Positions 1 to 13,565 are shown, counted from the whole stretch's first letter. The stretch: 57,849 bases of DNA, filler included, from Catajapyx aquilonaris (GCA_000934665.2; 4 parts of 4 records of this genome joined end to end with filler, not necessarily neighbours in it); one strand, 5' to 3'. The notes: generated by a model from the sequence alone, not told the origin. A program made the numbers and translations.

Positions 1-177
1 CCCCCCTTTCCCGACAAGATCGATCCTGCTCGTTCCGAGGCGATTTGGCGCTCTTCGACATAAAAGTGAACGCGAATTAGGGTTTTGCCAAATTATCTTT
101 CACGTCACTGTAATCAGTCAAGAATCATACATTTTTTAAAGTAGTAAGCAGATCAAAATTACAAAGGGCAAAGTTTG

Positions 178-1820
178 TTTGTTTGTCCAGGTTTGGTTAA
201 CATATAGAAGTCAGTTTTGCCCAATTTTCGGAAAGGGTTTCGATATATCGTTCACAATATCGATAGGTCGTCATATTAATATCGATATCTGCTCACATAA
301 AATATCGATGTGTTTCGTTTATTCACTATCGATATATTGTCATGACATGAATATTTAGCGTCATATTAATATCGATATCTGCTCATATAAAATATCGATG
401 TGTTTCGTCCATTCACTATCGATATATTGTCAAGACAAGAATATTTAGCGTCATATAAATATCGATATATTGTAATGACAAGAATATTTAGCGTCATATA
501 AATATCGATATATTGTAATGACAATAATATTTAGCGTCATATAAATATCGATATATTGTAATGACAATAATATTTAGCGTCATATAAATATCGATATATT
601 GTAACGACAAGAATATTTAGCGTCATATAAATATCGATATATTGTAATGACAAGAATATTTAGCGTCATATAAAATATCGATAAAACGTCAAATATTGAC
701 GTTTCATCATTTCAAAGATCGATATATCGTCATATACAACTAGGATTTAGCGTCATAGAAATATCGACAAATTGTTCTTTCAAAATCGATATTTTGTCAC
801 ATACAATGAAGATTCAGCGTCATAGAAATATCGATATGTCGACATTTAAAAATCGATATATCGTATGCGATGAATATTTAGCGTCATAAAAATATCAATA
901 AAATGACATGAAATATCGATGTTTTGTTATTTCAAAATCGATGTGTCGTTATATATGAAATTAATACTTAGTGTCATAAAATATAGATAACTTGTCATAA
1001 ATATCGGTAAATCGTTAATTCAAGTGTCGATGTTTGTTCCATTCAAAATCGATGTCATAATTTGGAGATTTAGCGTCATATAAAAATTAATGAAAATAAT
1101 GTCATTAAATATAGATGTTTCGTTCTGTCAAAATCGATATCGCCACAGGCAATAACTATTTTGCGTCATATAAATTATTATCGATAAATTGTCATAAATA
1201 TAAAATAACCATTGAATCAAATATTGATGTTTCGTTCTATGAATACCGATATCGATACATCGCCATTTTAAATATAGGTATAGCGCCATGAAATATCGAC
1301 ATATCGCCATGGCAAATATCGAGACATATCTCATCATAAATAAAATATCGATAAATTGCAATAAATATCGATCAATTGCCATATCAATATCGATCAATTG
1401 CCATATCAATATCGATCAATTGTCATATCAATATCGATCAATTGCCATATCAATATCGATCAATTGTCATATAAGTATCGATAAATTGTCTTGAATATTG
1501 ATATATTGTCACAATATCATATCGATCAATTGTCAAATTTCAATACATTGTCATAAATAGCGATAAATTGTTAAATCAAATATCAATGTTTCGTTCATTC
1601 AATGTCGATATATCGACATTATGTACAGGTGTAACGCCATAAAATATCGATAAATTGTTACATTAATTATCAGTGTTTCGTTCTTTCAATATCGATATAT
1701 CTACATTAGTACAGGTATATAACGCTGCCATAAAACATCGACATATCTCAATAACAAATATCGACGTATTTCATCAGCATCGATATGTCGTCATATAAAA
1801 TATCGATAACTCGATATTTA
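178..1820. repeat. AT-rich degenerate tandem repeat region rich in ATCGAT, including a 43-bp array (~410-680) and a 22-bp array (~1368-1490)
   Basis: Unit ATCGATATATTGTAATGACAAGAATATTTAGCGTCATATAAAT recurs every 43 nt (461, 504, 547...). Unit TCGATCAATTGCCATATCAATA recurs every 22 nt (1368, 1390...). Confidence 0.9.
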
Positions 1821-2875
1821 TCCTAAAATTGACATCCCGCCCTCCTTTTGGAGCTTGACCTGATTGATACAGCCCATGTACACTCCCAGTACATTCCATT
1901 CACATTCCAATCAGCATACATCGCATTACATACATGCAAATGAAATTCAAAAAACCTCCCCAACATAATTTACGTCCCCATTTTTGGCAGCACTCTCTGC
2001 GACCATATCTGCGCCCAAATATTTCTCCTTTCCCCCCGCTGCAATACGCCAAAGAACCGACTGTAAAAACCCGGTGATAAATCTACACCACGTAGAAATC
2101 AGGCATTAATGCACACCCAAACGTCACTTCCCAACTAAAAAGTACTTAGATTTCAACAATGGGTCCCACTAAGAATTGATTTTCAGGTCATTCCACCCTT
2201 GGAAGGATTTTTTTTTAAAAATAATAAACGGTCCTTATATTTACTGTCGCTATAGTAAAGACCGGTTGTATCAATGCATAGTCTGGTGACAAATCCCTGG
2301 GTATAGGGTTCTGCATGAGATATTTTTATTATGGGGAATGTACGGAGGTCCTGCGGAGGTCCATGGGATGTCGCATTTCTCTTCATTGCGCACCTCGAGA
2401 GGATTACCCGAAACAAAACTAGGAGAGGACCGTTAAATAAGGAGGTCACATTGCGAATTCAGATTCAGACGAGAGGAAATTACGAGCTTTTATGCAGCGT
2501 ACTAAATAAAATCGATCTTTTGGGCAAAAAGGGGACGTTGGAAATAAAACCTGGTTTTATAAACATAGGAGAGGCTTTTCCGATATTCAGGAGTGTGAAG
2601 AATGAGCTGGCCTGAAATTTTCTCCTTCAAAAATGTCAGACAGAATGGTCATGTCCGTCTGTCTGTCCGTGGACAGGTATCAGAGCCTAAACCGTAAGAG
2701 ATAGCGACAAACTGTTTTCGGATTCGGATTCAGCGGACCCTAAATAGGCTTGACGGTCAACTTCCGGATTCTTTTCGCCAAGGTCAAGCCTAAGTCCGGG
2801 TGTTCTTGGTTTCCTTGTAAACCGGAAATGAGACTGTCCGATTAGAATCGCATTGCATCGCATCGTAACGTATCT

Positions 2876-3400
2876 TGTTTGTCCAAGTTTGGTTAACCAT
2901 GTTAGCTATCAGTTTTGCCAAATTTTTGGGACCAAGTTTCGATGTATCGTACACAATATCGATATCTCGTCATATAAAATATCGATGTTTCATCCACTCG
3001 ACATAATATTGTATTAAATAGATATAGCGTCATAATAGCGATAAATCGGCATATAAAATTCGATATATAGTCATACTGAATGAAAATTTTGCGTCATATC
3101 AATATCGATAGAATGTCAAAATATCGGTGTTTCGTTCTTTCAGAATTGATATATCATCACCTGCACGACTATTTAGCGTCATATAAAATATCCATAAATT
3201 GTTTATTTATTATTGATAAATAGTTAAATCAAATATCGAAAAATAATTAAATCGTATATCGATAAATTGTCATATTCGTGTCGTCGATAAATAGTTGAAT
3301 CAGATATCGATAAATGAAATCAATATCGATTGAATGTCAAAATATCGATAAATTGTCATATTCGCATCGATAAATAATTAAATCAGATATCGATGTTTCG
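2876..3400. repeat. Second copy of the ATCGAT-rich repeat block
   Basis: TTGTTTGTCCA(A/G)GTTTGGTTAAC...CAGTTTTGCC leader shared with ~178-230, followed by the same ATCGAT-rich units. Confidence 0.8.
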
Positions 3401-4124
3401 TCTTATTAAGCCTCACTTCCCGCTGTCCAATGAGAAAAAAGTCGACTCGAATCACTCTCCAGTGCAAATCTTGTAATATTTTGATTATCAATTTTGCAAA
3501 ATTTTGGCTACGGCTTCATAGTAAACGAATAGAATCGACCGCTTGCCATATAGAACTGTGCTATGACTCGTTGAACCCCCTTTCATGGCGGACGCTTGAT
3601 CAGCATTCAGCACACAGGCAAGCGCTTCCTTTATTCAATCAGGCTCGGAGGCAAATGGCCCCGGGGTGACGGCGAGAGGGGTCAAAATGTGACTCTCAGT
3701 GATGGATCATCCAGAGTTCGTGAGACCAATACACAGTGTCACGTGTTTAAAACCCACCTGGACACACAGACAGTGTTTGCTTTATCTTTCGGTTCACAAA
3801 CACTTCGGTTTTTCCACAACATGACTCAGCATGTATGGAACACCCCCCCCCCNCCCCCCCCACCCACCCCCTCCCCGCAACAGTGGTAAAAATCCTCTTA
3901 ACTTCAACAGCTAGGGACTTTTTGAACATGAAAGTAATTCAAGTAATGCGTCGTAATTACAAAAATTGCTGCAGTTTCCTGAGGGCATGGCGTTAGCAAT
4001 ACAGTAATCAGGGCGAGCCAAGGATCAGAGTCCCTGGCTCCATTTGCAAAGCGTGGGTCAGACTTAGGCCTGGTTGCACTTCAATTTTCCAAGCAACACT
4101 CTAGTCCTTGTCAGGTCTTAACTT

Positions 4125-5140
4125 GCCAACGGTCAACCTGTCAACAGTCAGGTGTGGAACTAGTGACGGTTAGGACCGTTACGACCGTTGACAGGATGAC
4201 CGTTGACCGGTTGGCGGTTAGAAGCGATGTGCATCTGTCAACGGTCTTAACCGCGGATGGTCAACGACGGTCATAACTTACGACCGTTGGCAGGTTGACG
4301 GTTATGACCGGTGACCGGCTGACCGTTGTTTGACCGTTTTAACTGTCAACGGTCGTAACGGTCTTGACTGTCAACGTGCCAATGGTCGTAACCACGGGCG
4401 TAGATAAGGGTGGTTTTTGGGGGTTCAAACACCCCCCCCCCCCCCCCCCCCAANCCCATTGAAAATCTATACCTACGCCCGTGGTCGTAACGTTCATCCT
4501 TCCAACGGCCTTAACCGTCAACGGTCATAACTTACGACCTTTGGCAGGTGGACGGTTAAGACCGGTGACCGGCTGACCGTTGTTTGACCGTTTTAACTGT
4601 CAACGGTCTTAACCGTCAACCTGCCAATTGTTGTAACGTTCATCTGGCCCACGGTCATAAGTTATGGCCGTTGGCGGTTAAGACCGGTGACCGGCTGACC
4701 GTTGTTTGACCGTCTTAACTATCAACGTTCATAACGGTCTTATCTGTCAACGTGCCAATGGTCGTTGTTCATCCTGCCAACGGTCTTAACCGCCAACGGC
4801 CATAACTTATGACCGTTGGCCAGATGAACCTTACAACAATTGGCAGATTGACGGTTAATACCGTTACGAATGATGACGGTTAAGACGGCCAGTCAACGGT
4901 CGGAACGGTCTTAATCGTCATCATTCGTAACGGTATTAACCGTCAACGTGCAAATGCTCGTAATATTCATCCTGCCATGCCAACGGTCTTAATCGTCAAC
5001 GGTCGTAATTCATGACCGTTGGCCGGATGAACGTTACGACCATTGACAGGCTGACTGTTACGACTCATAAGTCAGCATGTCAATGGTTTTAACCGTCAAC
5101 AGTCATAAGTTATCCTGCCAACGGTCCTAACCGTCCCACA
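4125..5140. repeat. Degenerate GACCGTT/AACGGTC repeat region with direct and inverted copies
   Basis: Repeated GACCGGTGACCGGCTGACCGTTGTTTGACCG blocks (~4306, ~4560, ~4682) and many AACGGTC/GACCGTT motifs in both orientations. Confidence 0.8.
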
Positions 5141-6044
5141 CCTTTCCACACATTAATGACACCCAGGTGACCCTCTCATGACAAGCAGCTCAATTAACCC
5201 TCTCAGAGCTTCCCTGGACAAGCGGTCAGCCTCTCCTATTTTGTCATAAGTGCGGCCAGGGGCTTTTCAGGTCGAGGTAGAGAACTTTGTAGACATAATG
5301 GAGCCATTAACGTCAGGTACACCGTGCCCCCATCAGTATGTCAGGTACACCTAATGACAGGTGGCATTCCAGTGCACCATACACACTGCGACATGGACAA
5401 AGGCCAACCTTGGTTAGTGCGCCAGACATATTGGGACAACAGTCCGGAAAATTTCTCGTCTTGGAAGGCTGCTGGACTCGCTCCAAAAATGTCCTCTTTC
5501 TCCATCTTTCACGCTTAAAGAAACAAGGCTAATGCTGCGCTAAGATCAATCCGTATAAACACGCATAAAGGTACAGGTCCGATGCATGGTATACACACCA
5601 GACAGGCGCCACTTTGGTGTGTGTGTTTTTTTTAACGGCCATTCTGGATCATCATCCAAACGACACAGAGTTAATGGACAGTTTTATAGCGGTTGGAGAC
5701 ACTTTGATATACATAACTTGGGCTGGTTGGGAATTGGGCGGCAATTAAAAGATGGGGTAAGTCCACTGTCATGGGCGCTTAAAGTCTTTTCGGCGTCGTG
5801 GTCGATCCACATTGGCTCCACGACACTATGGGACTTGCCAGCGCGTGCACTAATGGAGGGGCCAGTCGCCCGTCTTCACACTTGGAAAAGAATTATCGCT
5901 GGGTCTGGCCCCATTCGACTGGGAAATAAGATGTCTTCGAGGGAAGGAGACGCCCGTTTGCAGGGGGTACTGTCGTCTGTGGAAAGTTATGGATTCTACA
6001 CAAACTCTCAACAAATCTTCACTCGTCCGTTGCCCATCTCTGTT

Positions 6045-6980
6045 GTGCCAAGAAGAAACGCCCTATCTCCAAAACCAGTCTGGACGGAGCATGATCTTCG
6101 CCTTTACCGGTTATGGAGAAATGGCGTTCCTCCTTGGGACTGGCTCTGTAGACAACACCTCTGTCGTCCCACGGAGAAACGTCACATCTCTAAATCCAGG
6201 ATGGGCGAAGATCGTACCCCGTTCTTACTGGTTTTGGAAATACGGCGTTTCTACTTGGAATTTGTCCTGTAGACAACACCTATCGCCCCAAGGAGAAACG
6301 CCCTATTTCCAAAACCAGGGAAGAGGGCACGATCTTCGTTCTTACCGGTTTTAGAGATAGAGCGTTTCTTCTAGGGACTGGTCCTGTAGACAACACCTGT
6401 CGTCCAAAGGAGAAACGCTATATGCAAAACCGGTAAGGGCGAAGATCGTGCCCCATCGATACTGATTTTGGAGAATATGGCGTTTCTCCTTGGTACCCTG
6501 GTCCTGTAGACACCTCTGTGGTCCCAAGGAAAAACACTCCATCTCCAAAACAGGTATGGACAGTGATCTTCGCACCTACCAGTTTTGGAAACAGGGAATT
6601 TCTCCTTGGAAGTGGCCCTGGAGATAACAACATATATGTCGTAACAAGACATATGCAAAACCGGTGCGAGCGAAGATCGTGTCCCGTACTTACTGCTTTT
6701 GGAGATAGGGCGTTTCTCCTTGGGACTGGTCCTGCAGACATCACCTCTGCCGTCCTAAGGAGAAACGTCCTATCCGCAGAACCAGTGAGGAAGGCATGAT
6801 CTTAGCCCTCACCAGTTTTGGAGATATGCCGTTTCGCCTTGGGACTACAGAGATGTTGTCTACACTACAGATCCAGTCCCAAAGAGAACGTGCTATCTCC
6901 AAAACCGGAAGGACGCTCATGCCCTGTCCTTACTGGTTTTGGAGATAGGGCGTTTCTCCTTGGGACCGCACTGTAGACCA
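6045..6980. repeat. Tandem array of about 8 internally palindromic ~115-bp units
   Basis: Unit CCAAGGAGAAACGCCCTATCTCCAAAACC...GATCTTCG...GGTTTTGGAGATAGGGCGTTTCTCCTTGGGACTGGTCCTGTAGACAACACC. The two arms of each unit are reverse complements. Confidence 0.85.
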
Positions 6981-8084
6981 ATGAGTCTGTACCCTTTCTG
7001 TCCACTCGCACTTCCTTACCCCCAAATCTAATTTCCCTCAGGATCACTCACCACAATCGCCCCCCTCCCTTCAATTTACGCCACGAGGCCGCGGCCATCT
7101 TGCGTCCACGGAATTAGTGTGCCCCTAATGGAAGTCAGTGCGTTTCCATAATTTCCCTGCCCTCCGCCTCGGTACCATATGGAAACTTTCCACGCGGAGA
7201 AATGGAACAAAGGTTGACAAATAACGGCCGCTTTGCCAGCCGACCGCCTCGTTTCTCCTGCTGTCTGCGAGCCCTTCCACACAACTCTTTACCCCCCTAC
7301 GAGCCGCCATGACTGGTGAGATTTGCCCCCGGATTTTCTCTAACCACATTGCGCCCCTTGGGTTATTTATGGGGATACCAGATTAGCCGGTTACGCGTCA
7401 GTTACTACCGATTCCGGAATCCTCGCTTCGCTCTACTGGACAGCGGAATCTACTGACCCTCGCGTCGCTCCCCTTTCCCTGACCCTTAACTCCTGATGGG
7501 GTGTCAGTCTCATGCCCTGAACTCCTGGGTCAAAACGGGTTGCGTGGCAGAGTAGGGGCGTGTACAACCCAAGTCTGGCGTCTTGCCACCGACGCCCAGT
7601 GGAAAAGCAGGGCGTCTGGGGGCGCCACCAGGGCTCCTCCGATCCCCGTTTCACGCCTAATTCTCTGCCAACACTGGCATCGGTTCAGAGAACACCCACC
7701 CACCCCGACGCGTCTCCCCAGTCTTGCCTTTTTGTGTTTTTGTAACCGCGTTTCAGAGATGTCCACTGAACCATGTCTGATTAGGATGCTCTGGGATAAT
7801 AACCTCTGGTGGTGTGTGTCCAAAGGAGAAACGTCCTATCTCCAATACGCGTAAGGACAGGTGCAGGGAACCCAGGCGCATGGTACCCAGATGCATGGCA
7901 TACAGGTGCATGCTATACTCTAACTATTTAGACTTTTAGAGAAAGGGACATGACGTAGGTGACCTTCCATGGAAGCACCAATCAGAGGCAGGATAGATAA
8001 GGATAGTCGAAGCTCATTGGGCCGGAGGGTGAGGAGGTGTGGCTGAGTGTCCCTTTCTTAAAATTATCAGACTATGCCCAGGGG

Positions 8085-8262
8085 CAGGGTGCCCAGGTGA
8101 AGGGTACCCAGGGCCAGGGGCAGGGTACACAGGTGCATGGCATACAGGTGCATGCTACCTAGGGTATAAGGGTGCCCAGGGGCACGGTATCCATGTGCAA
8201 GGCATACAGGTGCATGGTACCCAGGTGCAATATACAGGTGAAGGGTACCCAGGTGCAAGGCA
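8085..8262. repeat. ~15-bp minisatellite (CAGGTGCATGGTACC-like)
   Basis: Repeated CAGGTG(C/A)A(T/G)GG(T/C)A(C/T)(C/A) units. Related units also occur at ~7858-7912. Confidence 0.8.
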
Positions 8263-8932
8263 TCACTCTGAGACCTGTTTTGTAGATATGACGTTTTTCA
8301 TTGGACCGGTGGGTCTCTAGCAAACTTGCTAGGGATTGCTATCGATTCGTATCCCATAATTACAGTGAAAGGCCGACTTAACAGCTGGGAAATAACGACC
8401 ACGCTTTTGCAATCTGCCGTCGAGCGATGGCCTATCAATCGCGTTCAGATCGCGCCCCATGGTCCAAGTCTCATCATGTGACGCCTTATAGCTTTTCCTC
8501 CAATGGCCTCCACCTTTTAGTGGATCACAACTTTTTGAGGGAGGGTTTTGCTGGGGAGGGGAGGCAAAACCGGTTCGAAGACAGTAATAAGTCCGCGTCA
8601 GAAGGAAATTGCCTCGAGAGTCAGTCGGGGCCATCAGCCGAGTGCAAATAAGTGTTGCTAATTGGCCGCCATTTATCACCAAAAAAGGAGGCGCGAGGCT
8701 ATCATTGGCTGCTGGTCACAGTTTAAACGGTTGTTTTTTTGGAAGGGGACTGGAAATGCAGTTTGAATGGTAACAGAAGCCACGAACGCGATTAGTTTCC
8801 AAATTTTGCTGAGAGTAATAGCCAGGACGTGTGACAGAGGGCGCTACACCCTACCTGGAACGCTTAGAAACACTTAGAAACATCCTTAGGTCACTTAGGG
8901 ACACTCAGGCTCCACTGGTTGCTGTTTATTAG

Positions 8933-9590
8933 CACTAGCCTCGTCCTAGGCGCTCTTACAAGGCACTAGCCTCATTCCAGGCCTTTCACAAGGAACTAGC
9001 CTCATCCTAGGCCTTTCACAAGGCATTAGCCTCGTCTTAGAGCTCTCAAGCCACTAGCCTCGTCCAAGGCGTTCTCACAAGGCTGTAGCCGAGTCCCAGG
9101 CGCTCTCACAAGACACTAGCCTTATCCTAGGTCTTTCACAAGAAACTAGCTTCATCCTAGGCGCTCTCAAAAGGCACTAGCCTCGTACTAGGCTCTCACG
9201 GGCGTTCTCACAAGGCTGTAGCCTCGTACCAGGCCTTTCACAAGGAACTAGCCTCATCCTAGGCCTTTCACATGGCATGAGCCTCGTCTTAGGCCCTCTC
9301 AAGCCGCTAGCCTCGTCCAAAGCGTTCTCACAAGACTGTAGCCTCGTCCCAGACGCTCTCACAAGGCACTAGTATCGTACTAGGCTGTCTCAAGGCACTA
9401 GTTTCGATGTTTCGTCCCAGGCGTTCTCACAAGGAACGAGCCTCGTCCTAGGTCCTTGTGAGAAGACACTATAGCCTCGTCCCAGGAGCTCTCATAGTCC
9501 TTTCACAAGAAACTAGACTCGTCCTAGGACCTAGGCTTTCTCAAAGGCACTAGCCTCGTACAAGGTGCTCTCGCACGGCATTAGCCTCCA
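8933..9590. repeat. ~30-bp minisatellite (CACTAGCCTCGTCCTAGGCGCTCTCACAAGG-like)
   Basis: About 20 tandem degenerate copies of ACTAGCCTCGTCC(T/C)AGGC...TCACAAGG. Confidence 0.9.
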
Positions 9591-10299
9591 CCCAGGTTCA
9601 CCTTCAGACAAAGACACATCTACCGCTTGGAGTGTCCCAATTGAACCCAGTCTTCTCCAACTTTTGTCCCAAACTTGTCATTTCCCCCCAAATAACCACC
9701 GAATATTTTGGTTCTCCGCGATCTAATGGCAAAACCTAATCCAGCAGCAAGATTGTGTCAAAAAAAAATAAAGGTCCTTGCTACATCACAATCATCTTAG
9801 AGGTTTTTCTTTTACCCTGGCAAAACTTAAACCCTGGAGGGAAAACCGGGTTTGAAGGAATGAAGGGAAAGAAGAGGGACAATCATAAATTGCCAAATCC
9901 CTTTTCCTTCTTCCCCTCAAGGGAACTTCCAAGAAAAGGGAGCCCCCTTCCAACTTCCTAATTAAGCAAGGGGGGGACGCTTGCCTAATGGAACCTCGTT
10001 AATCTCGCCTTAATATTCCGACAACAAATGAAGCCGGTAGAGCGTCGCGACCAATCCTTTCCGCTCTAAGACAATCTGCGCTCAAGACGGTACCTGCTCC
10101 CGAACAAATTTTTTGAGAGGAGTCCCAAAATTGCTGTATTATGAAGGGGAGGGGGGGGGGGGGTCATTGTAAGGATCCTGCAGTTGGAAGGAATCTATGA
10201 ATTTTCTAGCATCTAGAATGATCTAGGCGAATTCATCAAAATATGCAGTTAGGTTGGGAAATTATTCACCAAAATGTATTCATGCAATGGCTTTCTGCA

Positions 10300-11165
10300 C
10301 TGGACAGACGTTCATCAAATTATACACCTTGTTGATGAATTTTATACATTTTAAAATAATTGTATTTACTATTTTATACGTTAGTCGTTAGTGAATAATT
10401 TTATGAACCTGCTGATTACTTTTATGCACCTAGTGAATATTTGTATACACTGGTGAATATTCTACATACACCGTAATTTTTTATGCACTAATAAATATTT
10501 TAATGCACTGATGAATATTTTTATGCACTTGTCAATATTTGTATGCACCTGATGTGTATTTTAATGCATTAGTAAATATTTTATGCACCCGGTGCATATT
10601 TTCACAATTTCTAAATAATTTTATGCACCTGTTGTGTATATTTATGCATTATTGATTAATTTATGCACCTATTATTATATGCACTGATAAATATTTTATG
10701 CGCCAGTGATTCATTTCATACACTTAGTGAATACTAGCTGCGGCACCCGGCGTTGCCCGGGAAGAAATAAATGAAGGGAAAACACCTGCCAGTACCCCCG
10801 CCAACTGTCTGTCTTTCTGTGTGTCCGGCAACCAATGCCATCTGTGGTCCTGCTACTACAACACCTTCAACCTCTCCCGCCTGTATAACGGCAACCGTCA
10901 TTTGCCTGCCATCTGTAGTCAACCCCCCAACACCTCCATCCTCTCCCGGCCTGGGGGTTGAGCACAGATGGCAGGCAAATGACGGTTGGCAGGCGGACAG
11001 ACAGACAGACTCACAAACGGCTTTATTTATATGAGATTTTTATGCACTAGTAAATAGCTAAATACGTCACACAATAGTGAATATTATTATGCACTGGAAA
11101 ATATTATTATGCACTGGTGAATATCACTCTATGCAACCAGTGAATATTCTATGCACCTAGTGAAT
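10300..11165. repeat. ~22-bp AT-rich minisatellite (GTGAATATTTTTATGCACT-like) interrupted by a Helitron
   Basis: Recurring TTTATGCAC and GTGAATA motifs at ~22-23 nt spacing. Confidence 0.8.
10734..11036 (-). mobile_element. Non-autonomous Helitron
   Basis: Minus strand reads 5'-TC... (GTCT)n ... CCCGGGCAACGCCGGG hairpin ... CTAG-3', inserted between A and T with no TSD. Removing it restores the satellite unit GTGAATA|TTTTATGCAC. Confidence 0.85.
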
Positions 11166-11183
11166 AATATGATATTTATATAA

Positions 11184-11462
11184 TTCATAATTCATAATTC
11201 ATACCCCGTTGTGGCTCTTTAGGGGGGATATTATTTTTTGACTGGAACTCTTCGTTTTCGTTTTTACTGCGCTTTTTGGGATAGGATAGGAAAGGAAGGA
11301 GGCGGCTGTGGCCTATTAGTTTAGGAAACAACTCCGGAATTTTCCTGGAGGAACCATGGGAAACCACAGAAAACCACGGTTAGAGTTGCCGGCACCGGGA
11401 TTCGAACCCAGGACCTCCCGATTAGCAGTCGGATACCATATCCCCTCCGCCACCACTGCATC
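11184..11462 (-). mobile_element. tRNA-derived SINE (same family as 13011-13303)
   Basis: Reverse complement has GTGGCGGAGGGG A-box-like, CCGACTGCTAATCGG anticodon arm, GGTTCGAATCCC B box, the same body as the 13011 copy and a (TATGAAT)n tail. Confidence 0.85.
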
Positions 11463-13010
11463 GGTGCACATAGTGACTATTTGCATGCACCTAGTGAGCA
11501 TTTCGATGCACCCAGTATTATTTATGCACTTAAAAAGTTTCCAGTCCTCGCTTTATACGATATCGCCATCTAAAAAAAGCAGCGAGAGACGCTCAGCGTG
11601 AAAAATGAGGCCGCACTTGGTAAACTCTGAGAGCCTCCCGCTTTTTAAGGATAAGTGACAAAAGGCAAGCGACGAAAAAATGGCGGAAGGTGTTCTCCCA
11701 CCTCCCCCCCCCCCTCCAACCCCCAGCTAATCTATTCTCCAAGGTCAGGTCGTGACCCATAAACCGGGTCGGAGGGCAAAAAAAATAGCGCAAAATTTGG
11801 GCAGATCTCGACAGGAATACAAGATGAGGGCCAAGGACGTGACCTGATTATGTGACTAGAGATGACATTAATTTGCGAAAATAATCTGGCAAAATGTTGG
11901 GACAGACAACGGTGTCATGTAGAGCCGGTTTTATTGAACAAACCGCAGTGCACTGTCCGGGCAGTATGGTGTTGGCATACCACAGCCTGACTTCATTTGA
12001 GTGGCCGGTCAACGTGGTTTTGGCTAATCCTTAATGCATATACGTGGGGGGGCATATGCAGTATAATCTGTCCAGCGCCATCTATGTGACGGATATGGTA
12101 CTACCTAGAACCTACTATAGGGTTGAACGGCCTAAAATCCGTTTGATATTTGCACCAACAAAAGAGTAACTCACTTACATCGCATTAACCACATACTGAT
12201 TTAAAACCCGCTTTCATCCCTAATCCAGATTTAAATTAACGAGGTTTTTTTTTGTTGATTTTACTCAAATTACGTCCCAATTTGTAATGCCTTCCAATCA
12301 GATTAGCACAACCTGTTTATGGGTGTAACGTCAGCCATAAGCCAATAACTGAATCAGGGTGTGTAGGAGTACCCATGTCTGCTGGGTTTTGATTTGTATG
12401 GCTTTTGGGTGATCGCACCAGTTGGCGTGTCGGCCCTGACAGGCACGGTTCGTCGCTTTCGATAGTTGCCAAATACGGGGTTGATCCGTGTAGTACGCTT
12501 TTGGATGACCGCACCTGGCACCTCTTAATAAATATAACCGATATAACATAATAAAATTTAATATAACTAATAACAAAATAAAATTTAATATAACTAATAG
12601 CATAATAAAATTTAATATAACTAATAACATAATAAATACAACAAACTGTTGGAGTAACTGGCTTAATATAACTAATTAATATACTCACTTGGATCATGTA
12701 ACCAAATACAGCATGTGTAGCTAATAAAATAAAGCCACTAATGCATTATAACCAATAAAATGTGACTAATAAAATTAGTACAGAGTTAATCCAATATTAT
12801 TTTATTAGTTACATTTTATTGGTTATATTAGTTGCTTTAGTAGGTTGATTTTATTATACTTATTTCATTGGTTACATTATCCAATATAATATATTTATTG
12901 GCTACATTAATTTATTAGTTATCTTAGTGGTTATATGTATTAGCTATGTCTACTTTCGTTTTGTTACATTTATGTTATTTGTCATTGTTCACTAGAATAT
13001 ATTAGTTATC

Positions 13011-13303
13011 AACCGAAGCAGGTTGGCATAGTGGATAAGGCGTCCGACTGCTAATCGGAAGGTCCTGGGTTCGAATCCCGGTGCCGTTAACTCTAACCGT
13101 GGTTTTCTGTGGTTTCCCACGGTTTCTCCGGGAGAATTCCGGAGTTGTTTCCTAATAAACAGGCCACAGCCGCCCCCTTCCCTTCCTATCCTCTCCCAAA
13201 AAGCAATAAGTAAAAATGCAAGCAAAGAGTTCCAGACAAAACAAAAATTCCCCCCTAAAGAGCCGCCGGCTGATAACGGGGTATGAATTATAATTATTAT
13301 TAT
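13011..13303 (+). mobile_element. tRNA-derived SINE with 16-bp target-site duplication
   Basis: A box TGGCATAGTGG, anticodon arm TCCGA-CTGCTAA-TCGGA (GCT, Ser-like), B box GGTTCGAATCCC, AT-rich tail. GAATATATTAGTTATC is duplicated at 12995-13010 and 13304-13319. Confidence 0.9.
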
Positions 13304-13338
13304 GAATATATTAGTTATCTTTAATTCCTAGTGCAGAG

Positions 13339-13565
13339 CTGCCGTCAGATGTGAAAGGACCGTAACTCAATAGCCACTTCCCTTGCGGCGAGAAAAGAAA
13401 GCAAGTCTTACCGAAAGCATCCAAGAGGTGGCGTTGGGGGAAGGGGAAAGAAGGAACAGCATCCCAACTCCACCTGTTGGGTGCTTTTGGTACCACTGCT
13501 TTTTTTTTCTCTCGCCGCAAGGGGAAGTGGACATTGAGTTACGGTCTTCTCATATCTGACGGCAG
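13339..13565. mobile_element. MITE with ~65-bp TIRs and 4-bp AGAG duplication
   Basis: CTGCCGTCAGATGTGAAAGGACCGTAACTCAAT... mirrors ...ATTGAGTTACGGTCTTCTCATATCTGACGGCAG, with AGAG on both flanks. An empty-site-like paralogous sequence (CAGAGTTAATCCAATA) is at ~12781. Confidence 0.85.

Noticed and set aside
5586..6272. 228-aa ORF
   Set aside because: No recognisable domain, and its 3' third runs through the palindromic tandem repeat.
6045..6980. CRISPR-like array
   Set aside because: Eukaryotic context, degenerate repeats, inter-repeat cores are homologous rather than unique spacers, and no cas genes.
13015..13095. Functional tRNA-Ser(GCT)
   Set aside because: No good acceptor stem or long variable arm. 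It continues into a SINE body with tail and TSD, and a second diverged copy is nearby.
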